Counted from the stretch's first letter, positions 10,441-19,578 are shown. The stretch: DNA of 64,000 nucleotides from a virus (IMGVR_UViG_3300023714_000001), one strand, 5' to 3'. The notes: generated from the letters alone by a model not told the origin. Translations and numbers: made by a program.

Positions 10441-10977
10441 GCCTGGAGCCTATATACGGGGTGGTGCCTTAATATCTCCCGTGGTGCAGTTCTGCGGGCG
10501 GGCGATGATAAGTCCCAACCGGGATGTGTGCAGACACTTAACAGTCTGTTTAACTAAAAAGTGTCTTAGAGGTCTTTCTTCTTGTCTCTTTTGGGTGGGG
10601 AAGGGGCCGGCAACCATATCCGTTTTGGTATTTGTGACATAAGCTATTGTTCTGGGATAGGTTAGTGTTCTGGATAATCTGTATAGCTTTTCTAAATATG
10701 TCACAACAACCATGGTGCTTATCTCACTCCTTTCATGAGTACGAATTTCTGCGGCAGGATTACTTACGAGCGCGAAGTTTTCGTTGCTCCTCTTTGAGCC
10801 TTTGGATTTCGCGCTGGTCTTTCTCTATCTCTATTTCGATAATCTGGTTCACTTCGGAACCTATCTCGAACAGAGCGTATAGCAGTGCAAGAATAACAGT
10901 ATCCTCCTTCGGGTCATTTTAAGTATGCGTAAAAAAACAATCCGCCCGCGAAATTGCGGACGGACGTTTTTTGTAAA

Positions 10978-11799
10978 TCAGGCACACGTTGTCCAGTCGG
11001 ACTTGGTGCCGCCTTTGGAGCCAAAGAGCAGGCCGCCAATATCGGAGCCCAGACCTTTCACTTCATTCCAGGCGTCCCGAACGTCCTTATTGCGGGAAAG
11101 TTCACGGGCGGCGGCTCTGCCGTTGCGGATAGTCGTAGCAAGCGTTGCGGCGCCAACCGAAACAGCGGCAGTCGCAACAACCCTGCCTGTGGTCATACCG
11201 GCATTTACGACAGCCCCTGCCGTCGGTGCAAGGGCGCCATTCAGCGCGTAATCAGCAACGTCCGTTGCGAACGTGGTGACGGCTTTAGCAACTGCCTGCG
11301 TGCGGTCTGACCAGAGCTTGATGTTTGCCTTGCGCTGGATAAGCTGTAAATCCTCGGCGTTAACACCAGAGAGGATAACTGTTTTTCCAGCGTTGCTGGT
11401 TTCGTAGCTGTCTTCATAACCAAGGCTGTCCAGCAAGTCCAACAGGTTGTTGGCTTCCTGACGGCTCTCAAAGGTTTTGGAGAACCTCTCCTGCACTACC
11501 TCGCCGGTTTCACTGTCGATGGTTACCTGTGTTTCTTTCTGTTCACTCATTTTGATTTCCTCCTGTACATTTTTTGCAACTTCCTGTGCAAATTCATCAG
11601 CAATCTGGTCGACGCTTTTTACTTCTTTTGGCGCCGGCTCTGCTTCTTCCGCCTCTCTGGGCGGTGGTGTGACATCGATGGGGTCTTGCTTTTTCTCCTG
11701 TTTTCCTTCAGGCGTAAGCAATGTATCGATGGTATCATTCAGGAAGCTGAGGATAGGGTCAGCCCCCTGAGTGTTTTTTGTATCTTTTTGCGTTTCCAT
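10978..11799 (-). CDS. Hypothetical protein, acidic N-terminus and Ala-rich amphipathic C-terminus
   Basis: GAGGAGG RBS; followed by a terminator hairpin at about 10930-10972. Confidence 0.8.
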   Translation of the reverse strand: METQKDTKNTQGADPILSFLNDTIDTLLTPEGKQEKKQDPIDVTPPPREAEEAEPAPKEVKSVDQIADEFAQEVAKNVQEEIKMSEQKETQVTIDSETGEVVQERFSKTFESRQEANNLLDLLDSLGYEDSYETSNAGKTVILSGVNAEDLQLIQRKANIKLWSDRTQAVAKAVTTFATDVADYALNGALAPTAGAVVNAGMTTGRVVATAAVSVGAATLATTIRNGRAAARELSRNKDVRDAWNEVKGLGSDIGGLLFGSKGGTKSDWTTCA

Positions 11800-11829
11800 T
11801 AAAATCCCTCCTCAAGGGGCAACCGACTA

Positions 11830-12120
11830 TCAAGCGGCAACCGGCATAACTGCGTCTTCGATAAGGTGGTAGTCATAGCTGACCTCTACTTTGTACAGCG
11901 AACGAAGCTTAAACCGGCTGTCTGCGCATGGAGTGCGGAGCAAATTGATTACGTCGCGGCTGATAAGGCCGTATTTATCCAGACAGGTCTGGGGGATTTT
12001 GGCGGAGATATTTACCCAGCCATTGGCGAGGTTCTTAGTGAGACTCCAATTTACTTTGGAATTTGCACGGTTGGATTTCGGGAATACGATATGTTTCGGG
12101 CATACTTTGTTCATAATCAT
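11830..12120 (-). CDS. Hypothetical protein
   Basis: AAAGGA RBS; ends -VAA. Confidence 0.75.
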   Translation of the reverse strand: MIMNKVCPKHIVFPKSNRANSKVNWSLTKNLANGWVNISAKIPQTCLDKYGLISRDVINLLRTPCADSRFKLRSLYKVEVSYDYHLIEDAVMPVAA

Positions 12121-12145
12121 TTTGGTTTCCGTCCTTTCTTGACGA

Positions 12146-12184
12146 TAAAAACAAACTGGGCCATCAACTGCTGACAGCCCAGTC
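12146..12184 (-). terminator. Intrinsic terminator
   Basis: ACTGGGC...GCCCAGT stem followed by TTGTTTTAT on the minus strand. Confidence 0.6.
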
Positions 12185-12201
12185 TTTTTACATGTATTTG
12201 C

Positions 12202-13140
12202 TTATGCGGCAAAATCGATGTCATCTACAGCTTCTTCAGCCGGAGCGTCGATGCCTGCACCTTCGTTCACAATGGCTTCACTGCGGTCCGTGTTGTCCTT
12301 GATGATAATCGTCTTGTTGACGATGGACAACAGGTCACGGGCGGTTTCCTGCTCGGAGCCTTCTTTGATTTCACGGCCAACAACCAAAGAACCATTGGCT
12401 TTTACCAGTTTGTGCTTGCCATTGAGCTTGAAGCCGGAAGCAAGGCTGATGCGATAATTGCGCCCCTTAAAGGTCGTGGACGCAAAACCTTTACTGAAGG
12501 TCAGCTCCATGTTTTCCATATCCAGCGGCAGATTGCTGTACTTCAGCTCCCAGCCAAAGATGGCGTTGTGACCCATCACACGGATGGACTTAAACTTTTC
12601 GGGCGCCGCCTTCAGGTCGAGGAATACACCTTTCGCATAGGCAATGTAGCTGTTGCCATACTTGCTGGCATTGGTCGGGCTGGAAATGTGCTCAACTTCT
12701 TTTGCCGTGAGCACTTCGTTGGAACCCTTGCTAATGCGGTTGAGCATGCCGGAGATGCGGCGAGCCTCAAAGTCATTGACATAAAGAATTAAATGGTCTT
12801 TGCCATACTCTGCGGCCTTGTGGAGAGCCTGACGTACACCGTTCAGCGTTGCAACGGGCGCGGTCATAACTTCGCCCGTCTTCTTGTTTACGGCCTTGGC
12901 TACAACAGCGGGCTCAACGATTTCCTGGGCAATATCGCCGGCAACCAGACCGACGTATCCGCGGGAACTTACAACACTCATGATAACCGTGTTGTTCTTG
13001 AGCTCTTCTTCGCGTTTTGCGCGGGCTTTTTCCGTCAGCACATTGGTTGCCTCCATCTGCTTATCGAGGTTTGCCATCAATGCTTCGCGGCGGGATACCT
13101 TGTTTGCTTCTGCCTTAATCATTTCGTTTACGTTTGCCAT
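12202..13140 (-). CDS. Hypothetical protein with acidic tail (possible nucleic-acid-binding early protein)
   Basis: AAAGGAG RBS before MANVNE at 13140; biased codon usage; ends DDIDFAA. Confidence 0.8.
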   Translation of the reverse strand: MANVNEMIKAEANKVSRREALMANLDKQMEATNVLTEKARAKREEELKNNTVIMSVVSSRGYVGLVAGDIAQEIVEPAVVAKAVNKKTGEVMTAPVATLNGVRQALHKAAEYGKDHLILYVNDFEARRISGMLNRISKGSNEVLTAKEVEHISSPTNASKYGNSYIAYAKGVFLDLKAAPEKFKSIRVMGHNAIFGWELKYSNLPLDMENMELTFSKGFASTTFKGRNYRISLASGFKLNGKHKLVKANGSLVVGREIKEGSEQETARDLLSIVNKTIIIKDNTDRSEAIVNEGAGIDAPAEEAVDDIDFAA

Positions 13141-13337
13141 AAATAAAACACTCCTTTTTCTTATCCCGCTTTTTATCAGCATTTCGCTTCAGCGGGCTAC
13201 AAATGAACATTTCTGGACTACTGTCCGTTTTCTGGGGTTACGACGGTGAAAGGATAAAATCAGCTTAGCCCTGCTTACAGGAGACAGACGTAAGTTAGTT
13301 ATATAATCTGTATGTATGCGGGCGGAAAAATCCTCTC

Positions 13338-13370
13338 AAAATAAACAAGACAATCGTCTGCGAAGCAGAC
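13338..13370 (-). promoter_or_regulatory. Hairpin element copy 1
   Basis: + strand AAAATAAACAAGACAA-tc-GTCTGC-GAA-GCAGAC. Confidence 0.7.
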
Positions 13371-13509
13371 AAGAGTTCTGTTCTTGGAAAGGGGATTTTT
13401 ACTTTGGGATTCAAGCCTTTCATAGCGCGCCGAAAAATGTAGGAGGCAACAAACATTCTTCGACGTACTATGAGGGGCTCAAAGCTCCTCTTTTTGCCAA
13501 GGTGGGGGT

Positions 13510-13779
13510 TTATGCGGCGGCCTCTGCCTCTTTGTCCACAAGATGCAGTAAGTCACCATAGGTGGTATGGGCGGTGAAGAAAATGGTCTCGCCGGCCTCG
13601 CTTTTAAGGCGGGCGGCTGTTACGACGTTTCCTTCAAGGGTGTCCCTGCGGATAATGTCAAGTTCACTGCCGCCACTTACGATATGGAAGCTATCGCAAA
13701 GAGTGGTCAGCCTCTTGGCCGGCAAGAACCGGTAGTAGCTTTCAGGGAATATGCTTTCCAGGTCATTCTGAAATACCAT
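13510..13779 (-). CDS. Hypothetical protein
   Basis: AAAGGA RBS; ends -EAAA. Confidence 0.7.
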   Translation of the reverse strand: MVFQNDLESIFPESYYRFLPAKRLTTLCDSFHIVSGGSELDIIRRDTLEGNVVTAARLKSEAGETIFFTAHTTYGDLLHLVDKEAEAAA

Positions 13780-13864
13780 ATGTCATTTCCTTTCTTTGAT
13801 AAAAAAATAGGCCCCTGACGCATAGGGGAAGCCCATAGGGGGTTGGGGAGCGTCAGGAGCCCAT

Positions 13865-13894
13865 AAAAACAAAGCAATATCGCCCGAAGGGCGA
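13865..13894 (-). promoter_or_regulatory. Hairpin element copy 2
   Basis: + strand AAAAACAAAGCAA-ta-TCGCCC-GAA-GGGCGA. Confidence 0.6.
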
Positions 13895-13968
13895 AGTGGA
13901 ATTTGGACGAAGACGGCACTATCCAGACAAGAGGATAATTACTTGCGGCGTCTCCAGCCAAATATCGG

Positions 13969-14136
13969 TTATGCCGCTATTTTATACTCGGCATACTTTT
14001 CTTCCGCAAGGCGGTCATAGTCCCTGCGGGTCATCTTCCGCTTGGCGCGGTCACGAAGCATTCTTGCTTCGCGGCCTTCGCTGTAGATGCGGTTATGTTT
14101 ACGGATTTTTTCTGTGTTTGCATTTGTATTGAACAT
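13969..14136 (-). CDS. Small basic protein
   Basis: MFNTNANTEKIRK...YKIAA. Confidence 0.65.
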   Translation of the reverse strand: MFNTNANTEKIRKHNRIYSEGREARMLRDRAKRKMTRRDYDRLAEEKYAEYKIAA

Positions 14137-14155
14137 GATTAGCAACCTGCCTTTC

Positions 14156-14329
14156 TTAACGAATGTTTCTTGCGACGGCGTAGAATACAACCGCGCCGGT
14201 TGCAATCACGTCTACTGCCTGTTCTGCTACGGCCTTGGCTCCACCGACAAATTTCTGCCGGCAGGCCAAAACCTTCTCGTCACTTACTGCCTTGTCGTCT
14301 CCTAAATACCATTTGATAAATCTTTTCAT
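14156..14329 (-). CDS. Small hypothetical protein (57 aa, not in ORF track)
   Basis: AAGGGA RBS; MKRFIKWYLGDD...VARNIR. Confidence 0.6.
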   Translation of the reverse strand: MKRFIKWYLGDDKAVSDEKVLACRQKFVGGAKAVAEQAVDVIATGAVVFYAVARNIR

Positions 14330-14382
14330 ATATATTCAGTCCCTTCATTTTCTAAAAATCAACAGCAAGCGACGCAAGTTTT

Positions 14383-14790
14383 TTACGCGGCTTCTTTGTC
14401 GATTACCGGCTCGGTAGTAAAACTGCCGTACGGTTTAATGTGTTCGTCTTTGACCGGAGTGCGGTACTTCTTGCATACTGTATCAAGCTCACCCTCCAGG
14501 ATGTTTACCGTGCTCTTGCAGAGTTCGAACAGACTCTTGCCAACGCCGATTACGTTCTTGATGAGACCAGCGTTGCGGCTGAAGATACCCAGCACATCGC
14601 AAAAGAAATTGTCGTTGCTGGCAATGGTGACAATAGCCTCGCCATCTACATGGTTCACGCTGAAGCGAATGGGGCCATCTACTTCATACTGGTCTTCACG
14701 GGCAAAGGTCTGGCCGAAGGATTCCATCAGCTTCTTTACGGCGAGCATTTCTTTAGCGTTAAAATACATTTTCATTTCCATGGTGTTCAT
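14383..14790 (-). CDS. Hypothetical protein
   Basis: AAAGGAG RBS; ends -KEAA. Confidence 0.75.
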   Translation of the reverse strand: MNTMEMKMYFNAKEMLAVKKLMESFGQTFAREDQYEVDGPIRFSVNHVDGEAIVTIASNDNFFCDVLGIFSRNAGLIKNVIGVGKSLFELCKSTVNILEGELDTVCKKYRTPVKDEHIKPYGSFTTEPVIDKEAA

Positions 14791-14832
14791 TCTCCTTTTC
14801 CAAAACTACACAAATATTTTCGGGCAAAAAAA

Positions 14833-14982
14833 TTAAGCCGCTTTGCGGGCGGCTTTTTCTTCCAGCGTATTTGATTTTTGTGTCTTACGAGCTACAAGCT
14901 CCAAGGCTTTTCTGATTGCCTCAGCTCTTTCAAACCGTGTTCTCTGGTCGCCCCATTCAATCGAGATGTACGTCTTTTTCAT
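14833..14982 (-). CDS. Small basic protein (49 aa, not in ORF track)
   Basis: AAAGGAG RBS; MKKTYISIEWGDQ...KAARKAA. Confidence 0.65.
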   Translation of the reverse strand: MKKTYISIEWGDQRTRFERAEAIRKALELVARKTQKSNTLEEKAARKAA

Positions 14983-15023
14983 GATAAACGCTCCTTTCAC
15001 AATGCGTCCAAAAAAATCATCTC

Positions 15024-15056
15024 AAAATAAACAAGACAATATCGCCCGGAGGGCGA
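15024..15056 (-). promoter_or_regulatory. Hairpin element copy 3
   Basis: + strand AAAATAAACAAGACAA-ta-TCGCCC-GGA-GGGCGA. Confidence 0.7.
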
Positions 15057-15064
15057 AACGGCAG

Positions 15065-15220
15065 TCAGTGGGTATATCTCTTTCTGTTGTTGCGGGACTC
15101 TTTCTTGGGAAAGTAGGTTTCCTGAATACTTTCCCAAATGGCCGACAGAATTACCCAGCCAATGAGAATGACAAAATACAAGATACCTGCAAGAAAGAGT
15201 AAAACTATCCAGACTTCCAT
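15065..15220 (-). CDS. Small single-pass membrane protein (51 aa)
   Basis: AGGAGG RBS; MEVWIVLLFLAGILYFVILIGWVILSAIW plus basic tail. Confidence 0.6.
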   Translation of the reverse strand: MEVWIVLLFLAGILYFVILIGWVILSAIWESIQETYFPKKESRNNRKRYTH

Positions 15221-15238
15221 TTTTCAATTCCTCCTAAA

Positions 15239-15634
15239 TCACGATGCGCGGCGTATAATGGCCGGGCGATGGATACGGTCAAAGATTGCATTGACAGCCA
15301 TGCGGGCGGCCTGCTGAACACTGTCGCACCCTACAGCTTTGCCATTAGCAAATACCGTGAATGGTTTGCCCTGCGGCTTATCTTCCTCATCGAAGTCCGA
15401 CACAATCTTGCCGTCTTTCATCAGCCAGCTATAAGCTGTTTCTCCGGTAAGTTTGTCCCTGTACTTCGTAGTGCAACCATGTCGCGATACTATCTCCCAG
15501 CGGTCAAAGGAGCCGGGAAGATAATGATGGATAACCAGCTCGTAGGCAAGCGTAGCAAACTTGCCGTAGGTTACGTCCCAAACAGGAATTATCATAACAT
15601 TATTACGGACGATTTTCAATGCATACTTTTTCAT
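15239..15634 (-). CDS. Hypothetical protein
   Basis: AAAGGGAG RBS. Confidence 0.7.
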   Translation of the reverse strand: MKKYALKIVRNNVMIIPVWDVTYGKFATLAYELVIHHYLPGSFDRWEIVSRHGCTTKYRDKLTGETAYSWLMKDGKIVSDFDEEDKPQGKPFTVFANGKAVGCDSVQQAARMAVNAIFDRIHRPAIIRRAS

Positions 15635-15654
15635 GGCATATCTCCCTTTCTATT

Positions 15655-16086
15655 TTACGCTACACCATTTTTCTCTGAATAAATGGGCTCTCCACTCCAC
15701 GTTTTCCAAAGATATGGATATTCCTCGCGGATTCTGGACATAGGCAGACTGATATGCCGGAAGTCTTTTTGGCGAACTCCCTTGTAGGCATACCATACAG
15801 TATGGTTAATACCGAAGTATTCCAGTAACCTGCTCACCTTTTCTGCCGTGCAAAGCGACATGTCTACACTGGCATACTCGCGGAGCCAGCCACTAAATTC
15901 CCTTGCCTCAAAGCTTATGGCAAGACTGCCCACTTCGGTTTCTGTAATATCGTTTCCTGCAAACATGGGTGCGCTGCATTCACTCATCACCATATTACAT
16001 ACTTCCAAAGCAAGCTCGGTGGAGCAGAGCCCTGTCATCGAGCCACGCTCTTCATTGAGCTTATTTCTTAATTCGTCTTTTGTCAT
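15655..16086 (-). CDS. Hypothetical protein
   Basis: AAAGGAG RBS before MTKDEL at 16086; overlaps upstream stop (ATGA). Confidence 0.7.
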   Translation of the reverse strand: MTKDELRNKLNEERGSMTGLCSTELALEVCNMVMSECSAPMFAGNDITETEVGSLAISFEAREFSGWLREYASVDMSLCTAEKVSRLLEYFGINHTVWYAYKGVRQKDFRHISLPMSRIREEYPYLWKTWSGEPIYSEKNGVA

Positions 16087-16508
16087 TGTTTGTGCTCCTT
16101 TATTTTTTTGCACTGGCCGAGGGCCTTTTTTACCAGTTCTTCTTTGGTCACGCCTTCCTGATAAGGGAACACTCCCCTCCAACTGGCGGCGTAGTTTATA
16201 CAGTTCGGCTCTTCCTCGCGCTCCATAGGATGCACATCTTCTGCCGTTGCAAACACATATGGTCTTGAAAGCGAACCATCTTCTGCTTCCCAGATAGACA
16301 CGCAAATGTTTTGCGGCTGGAAGTTTTCACTTTCTGCAACCTCATGCTCTATAATGTGTAAACATGGTTTGTTTGACAGCACGGCATTAAAAGCATTTGC
16401 TTTTGCCACGAACACTTCTGCGTCCTTGCGGGCGGCAAATACCTGTTCGATATTCACTTCAGGAGTTCCGTCATAGTATATTTCAGATTCCACAACATAG
16501 ATAGTCAT
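16083..16508 (-). CDS. Hypothetical protein
   Basis: MTIYVVESE...VFAARKDAE, a common phage ORFan N-terminus. Confidence 0.7.
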   Translation of the reverse strand: MTIYVVESEIYYDGTPEVNIEQVFAARKDAEVFVAKANAFNAVLSNKPCLHIIEHEVAESENFQPQNICVSIWEAEDGSLSRPYVFATAEDVHPMEREEEPNCINYAASWRGVFPYQEGVTKEELVKKALGQCKKIKEHKQ

Positions 16509-16898
16509 AGCTACTCTTCCTTTCTGTTATAGAGAAAAACAAACCTTCTCAAAAGCATGATAAAAAGAAAACACCGGGCAAACCACAAAATCAGCTTGCC
16601 CGGAGAAGAAAAATATCATGACTTTGAGAAGGCCCCAAACAATATGTTTGGGAACCTCCCCTTTTGTTTTTTACTATAGGAGGGAGCAACCCCTTGCCTT
16701 AGGACTGCTCACACATGACACCAGAATATTATTGAGTTCTAATATCTGATATCATCTGTGAGAAGCCATAACGACCTCTCCTGGTTTTGTGCAAGTGTCG
16801 AGAATGCTGGAACATTCTTCCTGTGCACATAACCGTTCCATCTGTAAGTGTCGGAAGCATTCCAGTACTTCTCCTACACGTCAGGAACAATCTCTCAT

Positions 16899-16929
16899 AA
16901 AAAACAAGACAACCGTTCGCGGAGCGAAC
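16899..16929 (-). promoter_or_regulatory. Hairpin element copy 4
   Basis: + strand AAAAAACAAGACAA-cc-GTTCGC-GGA-GCGAAC. Confidence 0.7.
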
Positions 16930-16957
16930 AGCTGTCTTTAACTCAGAAACCTCGATG

Positions 16958-17236
16958 TCAATCCAACTGATATGCTGTGCCGTATCCATAGAAGACGATA
17001 TTGAACATACCGTCGAATAGGCTGGGGTCAATGCGATAACCTTCCCACGACTCCGTTATGTTATCCTGGAAAGACTCGGTCTTAAGGTCAAAACCGAAGT
17101 ATTGTTTTGCGTTGCTGTCGTTGGGGTCGATACAGGAGCTCCATTCATTGCCGCCATCTTCCTCCTCGACAATATATCCGATTTTATCAACGCCAATCTC
17201 TCTAATCTTCTTGTTAAGCTCTTTTACGTCAAACAT
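16958..17236 (-). CDS. Acidic hypothetical protein
   Basis: AGGAGGAG RBS. Confidence 0.7.
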   Translation of the reverse strand: MFDVKELNKKIREIGVDKIGYIVEEEDGGNEWSSCIDPNDSNAKQYFGFDLKTESFQDNITESWEGYRIDPSLFDGMFNIVFYGYGTAYQLD

Positions 17237-17272
17237 TTTAGTCTCCTCCTGCAGAAAACAAAAAACATATTC

Positions 17273-17308
17273 AAAATAAACAAGACAACCTATCGCCCGG
17301 AGGGCGAT
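17273..17308 (-). promoter_or_regulatory. Hairpin element copy 5
   Basis: + strand AAAATAAACAAGACAA-cct-ATCGCCC-GGA-GGGCGAT. Confidence 0.7.
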
Positions 17309-17366
17309 GAGGCACTAACTGGATGGCTCAATGTAAACGAGCGCAACAAAAGCCGCCCGCAATATC

Positions 17367-17858
17367 TTATGCGGCAACTTTCTCAATGGCACAATTCTTT
17401 ACCGCACCAGCGATGATGCGGCACTTGTTTGCAGGTGAAGATGCAAGATACTCGGCAAGGTCAAACTGGGTAACAACTTTGTACTTGCGCTTCGATGCCG
17501 TAGTAAATACAGCCCCGGCGCTCAGAACAGATTCACTATCCAGTTGGGGTTTCATTCCCTCCTCGGCCGAAGGCCCCGTTGCCACCTTGGGCACCTCGAC
17601 GACATCTGCCTTTACCATGGCCATGGCTACCTGCTGAGGGGTAACGCCCTTAACATTTTGGGCGCGCATTTTCCTTCCGTCTACCCACTCTGCTTTTAAC
17701 AGACTAAGTACACCAGAAGTAATACACCCTCTTATAGCTAAGGGCACTACAAATGCCTCAGAATTAGCCATGGCATTATGCAGCATTAATGCACACAATC
17801 CAAACAGAGCTTTTCTTTCATGTGCAGTCATTTTATTAAGTAACATATTTATACACAT
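17367..17858 (-). CDS. Hypothetical protein
   Basis: AAAGGGAG RBS; ends -KVAA. Confidence 0.7.
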   Translation of the reverse strand: MCINMLLNKMTAHERKALFGLCALMLHNAMANSEAFVVPLAIRGCITSGVLSLLKAEWVDGRKMRAQNVKGVTPQQVAMAMVKADVVEVPKVATGPSAEEGMKPQLDSESVLSAGAVFTTASKRKYKVVTQFDLAEYLASSPANKCRIIAGAVKNCAIEKVAA

Positions 17859-17932
17859 CTCCCTTTTTAAGCAATAAAAAATAAGCCCCAGCCATACAGA
17901 CTGGAGCTTACATGTTATTTTTAGTTATTCGT

Positions 17933-17963
17933 AAGAAACAAGACAATCGTCTGCGGAGCAGAC
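17933..17963 (-). promoter_or_regulatory. Hairpin element copy 6
   Basis: + strand AAGAAACAAGACAA-tc-GTCTGC-GGA-GCAGAC. Confidence 0.7.
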
Positions 17964-17997
17964 AATGGTAGTAGCCATATCACAACGGACGCATATT

Positions 17998-18222
17998 TTA
18001 CGCCGCGTAATCCATGACAATATTGCTGTCTATTGTCTTTTTAGCTTCTTCAATAAGAGCCTTTACCCGCTTCAACACAGGAGACTTATACCATACTTCT
18101 CCACACTGTGGGCATACTGCTCCAGGAACATTCTTTATAGATATCAGATAACCATTATAATGCGCATAGTATACAGTGAGCTTATCACCATTTATGCTGC
18201 CGCCGCAAGTTGCACAAGTCAT
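17998..18222 (-). CDS. YgiT-type zinc-finger protein (MqsA-like antitoxin)
   Basis: MTCATCGG...IKNVPGAVCPQCGEVWY, two CxxC pairs; GAGGAGG RBS. Confidence 0.85.
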   Translation of the reverse strand: MTCATCGGSINGDKLTVYYAHYNGYLISIKNVPGAVCPQCGEVWYKSPVLKRVKALIEEAKKTIDSNIVMDYAA

Positions 18223-18223
18223 G

Positions 18224-18547
18224 TTATTTCCTCCTCGTCTTAAAGTCATCTTCCCATTTGTCGCTGCTGGGAATATATGCCGTTATAAGCGATATTTCAT
18301 CATTGTCACCATCTAACCCAACAACCACATGGATAGGGCGCCCATTCATATGTATATAAAACATCAGACATGATGGCAGTGGCGTACTCCATGGACGTTC
18401 CTCTATAACTTCACCATACAATATGGTTTGTTCTACTTCGTCTATGGTTATATTTCTCTCGTCCAGTCGTTCACTGGCGTGGCGAGAAATCCTTACGCCA
18501 TATTGAAGACACAGCTTTCTTATTTTTGATATGTTCACAACTCTCAC
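18224..18547 (-). CDS. DUF4258-like putative toxin (RelE-like fold)
   Basis: ISRHASERLDERNI...GEVIEE...RPIHVV...LITAYIP..DKW, directly upstream of the YgiT finger. Confidence 0.8.
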   Translation of the reverse strand: MRVVNISKIRKLCLQYGVRISRHASERLDERNITIDEVEQTILYGEVIEERPWSTPLPSCLMFYIHMNGRPIHVVVGLDGDNDEISLITAYIPSSDKWEDDFKTRRK

Positions 18548-18555
18548 CTACTCTA

Positions 18556-18584
18556 ATTATAACAGAGAGAAACAAAGTTCTCAA
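18556..18584 (-). promoter_or_regulatory. SigmaA-type promoter for the TA pair
   Basis: Minus strand TTGAGA-17 nt-TATAAT. Confidence 0.65.
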
Positions 18585-18614
18585 GATAAACAAGACAATG
18601 CCTGCGAAGCAGGC
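18583..18614 (-). promoter_or_regulatory. Hairpin element copy 7
   Basis: + strand AAGATAAACAAGACAA-t-GCCTGC-GAA-GCAGGC. Confidence 0.7.
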
Positions 18615-18948
18615 TCGGAGGAAGACATGGTGTAACCCCATACTCCCTCCTGACCGGCTCGATGTGGCAGCGAAAAGACGCCACTTTCCGGCGGTCATCG
18701 CCGGATATCGAAGAAGACAAGTGTATCGAGCCCCTGCCGTATCTGGCGGCCAGGAGCCTGACCAGATACCGCGCATGAAGCCCGAAGGGCGGCTTCGGCG
18801 AGCGAGCAATGTCTCGGACACACGCCATCTCTTTTTGCCCGAAGACAAGATGCAGACCACACCTTTGTTGGTGCGATACCGTTGCGGGCGGCGTGGGACC
18901 GAGACGAGCGAAGCGAGCCGAAGGCCTTTATTCTTATGCTTTATTTTA

Positions 18949-18977
18949 TTGACTTTATCAACTTTATATGTTATACT
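18949..18977 (+). promoter_or_regulatory. SigmaA promoter
   Basis: TTGACT-17 nt-TATACT. Confidence 0.7.
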
Positions 18978-19011
18978 ATATGTAAATAAATGAGTTAGGA
19001 GTGGATGCACG

Positions 19012-19257
19012 ATGATATGTTTAACCGATTCTGAATACGAGGTAGTTAAGCCACTGGGACGGCGGCTTCATTCATTGGTTGCCCACTCCGGCTTAAATGC
19101 AGCAGACATTCGCAGTCAACGCCCAGATATTGTTGCAATGGAAAAGGACCTGAACAATATACTGGGGCCAATAACCGGGCGCAGCTACGATATCATCGAA
19201 TGGTTTACCTATACAACCCCTGGAAGAACCGAGCTGAATAAACTACTCAATTCTTAA
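19012..19257 (+). CDS. Hypothetical protein (counter-oriented moron)
   Basis: AGGAG RBS and own sigmaA promoter. Confidence 0.65.
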   Translation: MICLTDSEYEVVKPLGRRLHSLVAHSGLNAADIRSQRPDIVAMEKDLNNILGPITGRSYDIIEWFTYTTPGRTELNKLLNS

Positions 19258-19320
19258 TCAGGTTCCATGCTTCGTCACACATATCCTTAAATTACAATCA
19301 AGAGAAAAGAAGGGGTAGCT

Positions 19321-19578
19321 ATGAAGTTAACTGATGCACAGCGCGGGGCAATCACCTCAGCAGTAACTGATTATATTGATTATTGTGTAAATGAAGATAC
19401 GGATTCACTGGATATCAAGGACAGCAAACTGTCTTCATTGGCGAGCGGTCAACTCTACAACGTCCTTTGCTTGATATATAATACTGGTGCTCCTGATCAG
19501 ACTATCCAGAATAAGCTGGATAGTAAAGACTGGGGCGCTCCAGAGGAAGTAATTCAATTTATCGAGCTTACTTTATGA
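19321..19578 (+). CDS. Hypothetical protein (counter-oriented moron)
   Basis: AAGGGG RBS; abuts convergent gene. Confidence 0.65.
   Translation: MKLTDAQRGAITSAVTDYIDYCVNEDTDSLDIKDSKLSSLASGQLYNVLCLIYNTGAPDQTIQNKLDSKDWGAPEEVIQFIELTL

Noticed and set aside
13338-18614. Repeated AAACAAGACAA plus hairpin as a CRISPR array
   Set aside because: Spacing is irregular (about 0.4-1.9 kb) with whole genes in between, the stems differ in sequence, and no cas genes are present
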